This document shows positions 62,201 to 64,000 of a DNA stretch of 64,000 nt, piece after piece. Each line of letters begins with the position of its first letter. The stretch's first letter is position 1. A program made the position numbers and the translations under genes. The notes below the pieces were generated by a model that made no database searches, was not told where the DNA came from, and saw only the letters and a program-made list of their open reading frames with translations. Origin of the DNA: Azolla caroliniana (taxonomy: Eukaryota > Plantae > Polypodiophyta); assembly GCA_043228905.1 (NCBI GenBank), contig JBHGNT010000002.1, positions 11,656,001 to 11,720,000 of the forward strand. The letters are read 5' to 3'.

Positions 62201-62906
62201 TCCACTCATCTCCAGGCTTGATACGCACCAAGTTGTAGGCGCCTCTGAGATTGATTTCTGAGAATATATGCCCAGCCCGAAGTCGGTCGAGGAGTTCGGG
62301 GATTAGAGGTAGTGGATAGCGGTGTCGAACCGTGACTTGATTGAGCCCGCGATGGTCCATACATAGGCGCAACGTTCCATCTTTCTTTTTGACAAATAGA
62401 ATAGGAGAGCCAACTTGAGATTTTGAGTGGCGAATGAATCCCTTTGTGAGATTCTCTTCAATGTATATTTTGAGGGTCTTGAGTTCAAATTTAGATAACC
62501 CATAGATAGGGCCAAATGGAGGACAAGCACCATCTTTCAAGTCAATTGGAAAATCGTATGGGTGATGTTCGGGCAGGCGATCAACATTTTTCTTCTCCAA
62601 TACATCAGAGAAATCATTGTATTTTGATGGAAAAGAGCTAGTACATAGGGTAGTATTTGGAGTGGACATGACCGCCATGTCCTTAGAATTAGAAATGGAT
62701 GCAATCAGCATTGTATCACTTACCTGAGCAAGAGTTGGAACTGTTTCCGAGGCCGACACGGGACTAACTATTGATGTTGTTTTTATTGGAGCAACCACTG
62801 ACATGGTTCTCCCTTAAGAGGAAATGGGAGCGACTGATAACTTGGTCCTCACCGGAGCAAAAATGGGAGTTGCCTCTGAAACATGGGTGGGAGCGACTGT
62901 TGACGT
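59236..62906 (-). mobile_element. Tcn1-like chromovirus (Ty3/Gypsy): RT-RH-IN-chromodomain, PPT and 3' LTR (59236-59679)
   Basis: [18 protein letters not shown]; RH ETDASNFA; IN GHFGVAKT..DFITDLP; chromodomain [22 protein letters not shown] (about 59720-59890). PPT AGGGGAGGATAA; LTR TGTCA..TGACA. Confidence 0.9.
59415..59586. repeat. 14-bp tandem repeats within the chromovirus LTR U3 region
   Basis: ctgagtcttacata variants, about 9-10 copies. Confidence 0.85.
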
Positions 62907-63530
62907 TGTCGTGAAGATTCGCGCATGCGTGTGCTACTCGAGCGACCACCGGGGTCTTGGACTGGGGAGGACGTTCGCGGAATTATCGAAGAGATGACGA
63001 TCAATGTAAGATTGGATGAAATTTGTTCACTTGAGAAGAAGAAAGATTGTACACTTGAGAAGTAGAAAAATATGAAGAAGATAAAGACGAATATAATTAT
63101 ATTGATGATAGTGGTGTTGGTGATATCACATATTGAGCCCCCCTTTACACAAGCTCCACTAGGGTTTTATAGCTCTCTTCATGCACAAAACCATGAGTTT
63201 AGAACCATGGTTTTGGGGACACGATTTTTCTTATGACATGCAAAATCCATGGGTTTAGAACCATGGTTTTGTGCACATGGTTTTCTATGGTTGTTTCGTC
63301 TATAATTCGTATATGAAAAGGAAATAAGATTATCAAATGATGTTCTTTCCACTACGGGTAGGCAGATTTGGAATCTGCTTCTAGATAGTTCGAGTCGTGG
63401 GGGGGGTTCAAACAAAGACATTAATGAAAGTATTTCGAGATATATCTCCGATGAAGCGAATACACCAAAGTTTCTAGAACACTCTAACTCACCTGTATGG
63501 GACTGTGCTAGAAGCAATTTCATTCCAAGA
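62907..63530 (-). mobile_element. LTR of the fungal-like Gypsy group inserted into the chromovirus
   Basis: + strand tgtcgtgaag after gacgt; ggggtcttggactgggg motif like 8611-8627; TATAAAACCC on the minus strand at about 63162-63171. Far boundary unclear. Confidence 0.65.
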
Positions 63531-64000
63531 AACTATGTAGAATGGAATGGGTGTGCTTGAGCAAATAATTAGTATTCTTTCGTTTTCATGCTAGCAATAT
63601 CCAACTTTCTTTCGGACAACAATGAAAAAATTTGACAGAATTAAAAAGAGTTAGAGATACTTATTTAAAATAGAAAACCCAACCCTAAAAAGTTGGTTTA
63701 ACAAGCAAGCGCGTGACGAAACAAACTGAGCAATGGCCCTAGCTAGTCGATAGGGCTAAAGCGACGACAAGGAAGTAGAACTCCAACCACGGCGTAGGTG
63801 TTCTTTCCGCTGGCCGGCCACCTGTGGACATCACAGATGGATCGCATCTACGTCGTCGTCCGGGAGGCATGAGCTGCCAATTTGCGGCAGTTGTTGGCTG
63901 CATGGGCATCGTCACGATCAAAAGAGGGCATGGGAGCTCGTATTCCGGAACCTGTTAGGAAACAGGTCCCTTCGGATGGGAAGTGAGAGGAACAATACTA

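Noticed and set aside
62990-63010. 5' LTR and self-priming site of the chromovirus
   Set aside because: The sequence does not match the 3' LTR at 59236-59679. It belongs to a different LTR that starts at 62907.
63540-64000. GC-rich stretch with a short ORF at the window end
   Set aside because: Too short and truncated to assign; the adjacent window is needed.

Overview
Eukaryotic nuclear DNA dominated by nested transposons, most likely from a fern or another non-seed land plant (inferred from the 5S-like sequence, the Tcn1-like chromovirus and the TE mix). I found one apparently intact host gene: a 15-exon SF1 (UPF1/IGHMBP2-like) helicase at 30625-44738 (+, 845 aa, one GC-AG intron). The rest consists of: two back-to-back long-TIR Mutator-like elements carrying a Zn-finger/Ulp1-protease gene and a SWIM transposase; a fungal-like Ty3/Gypsy family (TGTCGT..ACGACA LTRs) whose insertion flanks are mostly NCGN; three non-chromovirus Ty3/Gypsy copies; a Tcn1-like chromovirus; several Copia relics; a hAT MITE; a LINE 3' end; a 5S rRNA pseudogene; and a degenerate ParB-like ORF. 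Most striking: all three non-chromovirus Gypsy copies lack a polypurine tract and instead carry a copy of a tRNA-Arg 3' end exactly 2 nt before the 3' LTR. The two complete copies also have a normal 5' PBS, which suggests tRNA priming of both cDNA strands. All calls were made by eye; no database searches were run.
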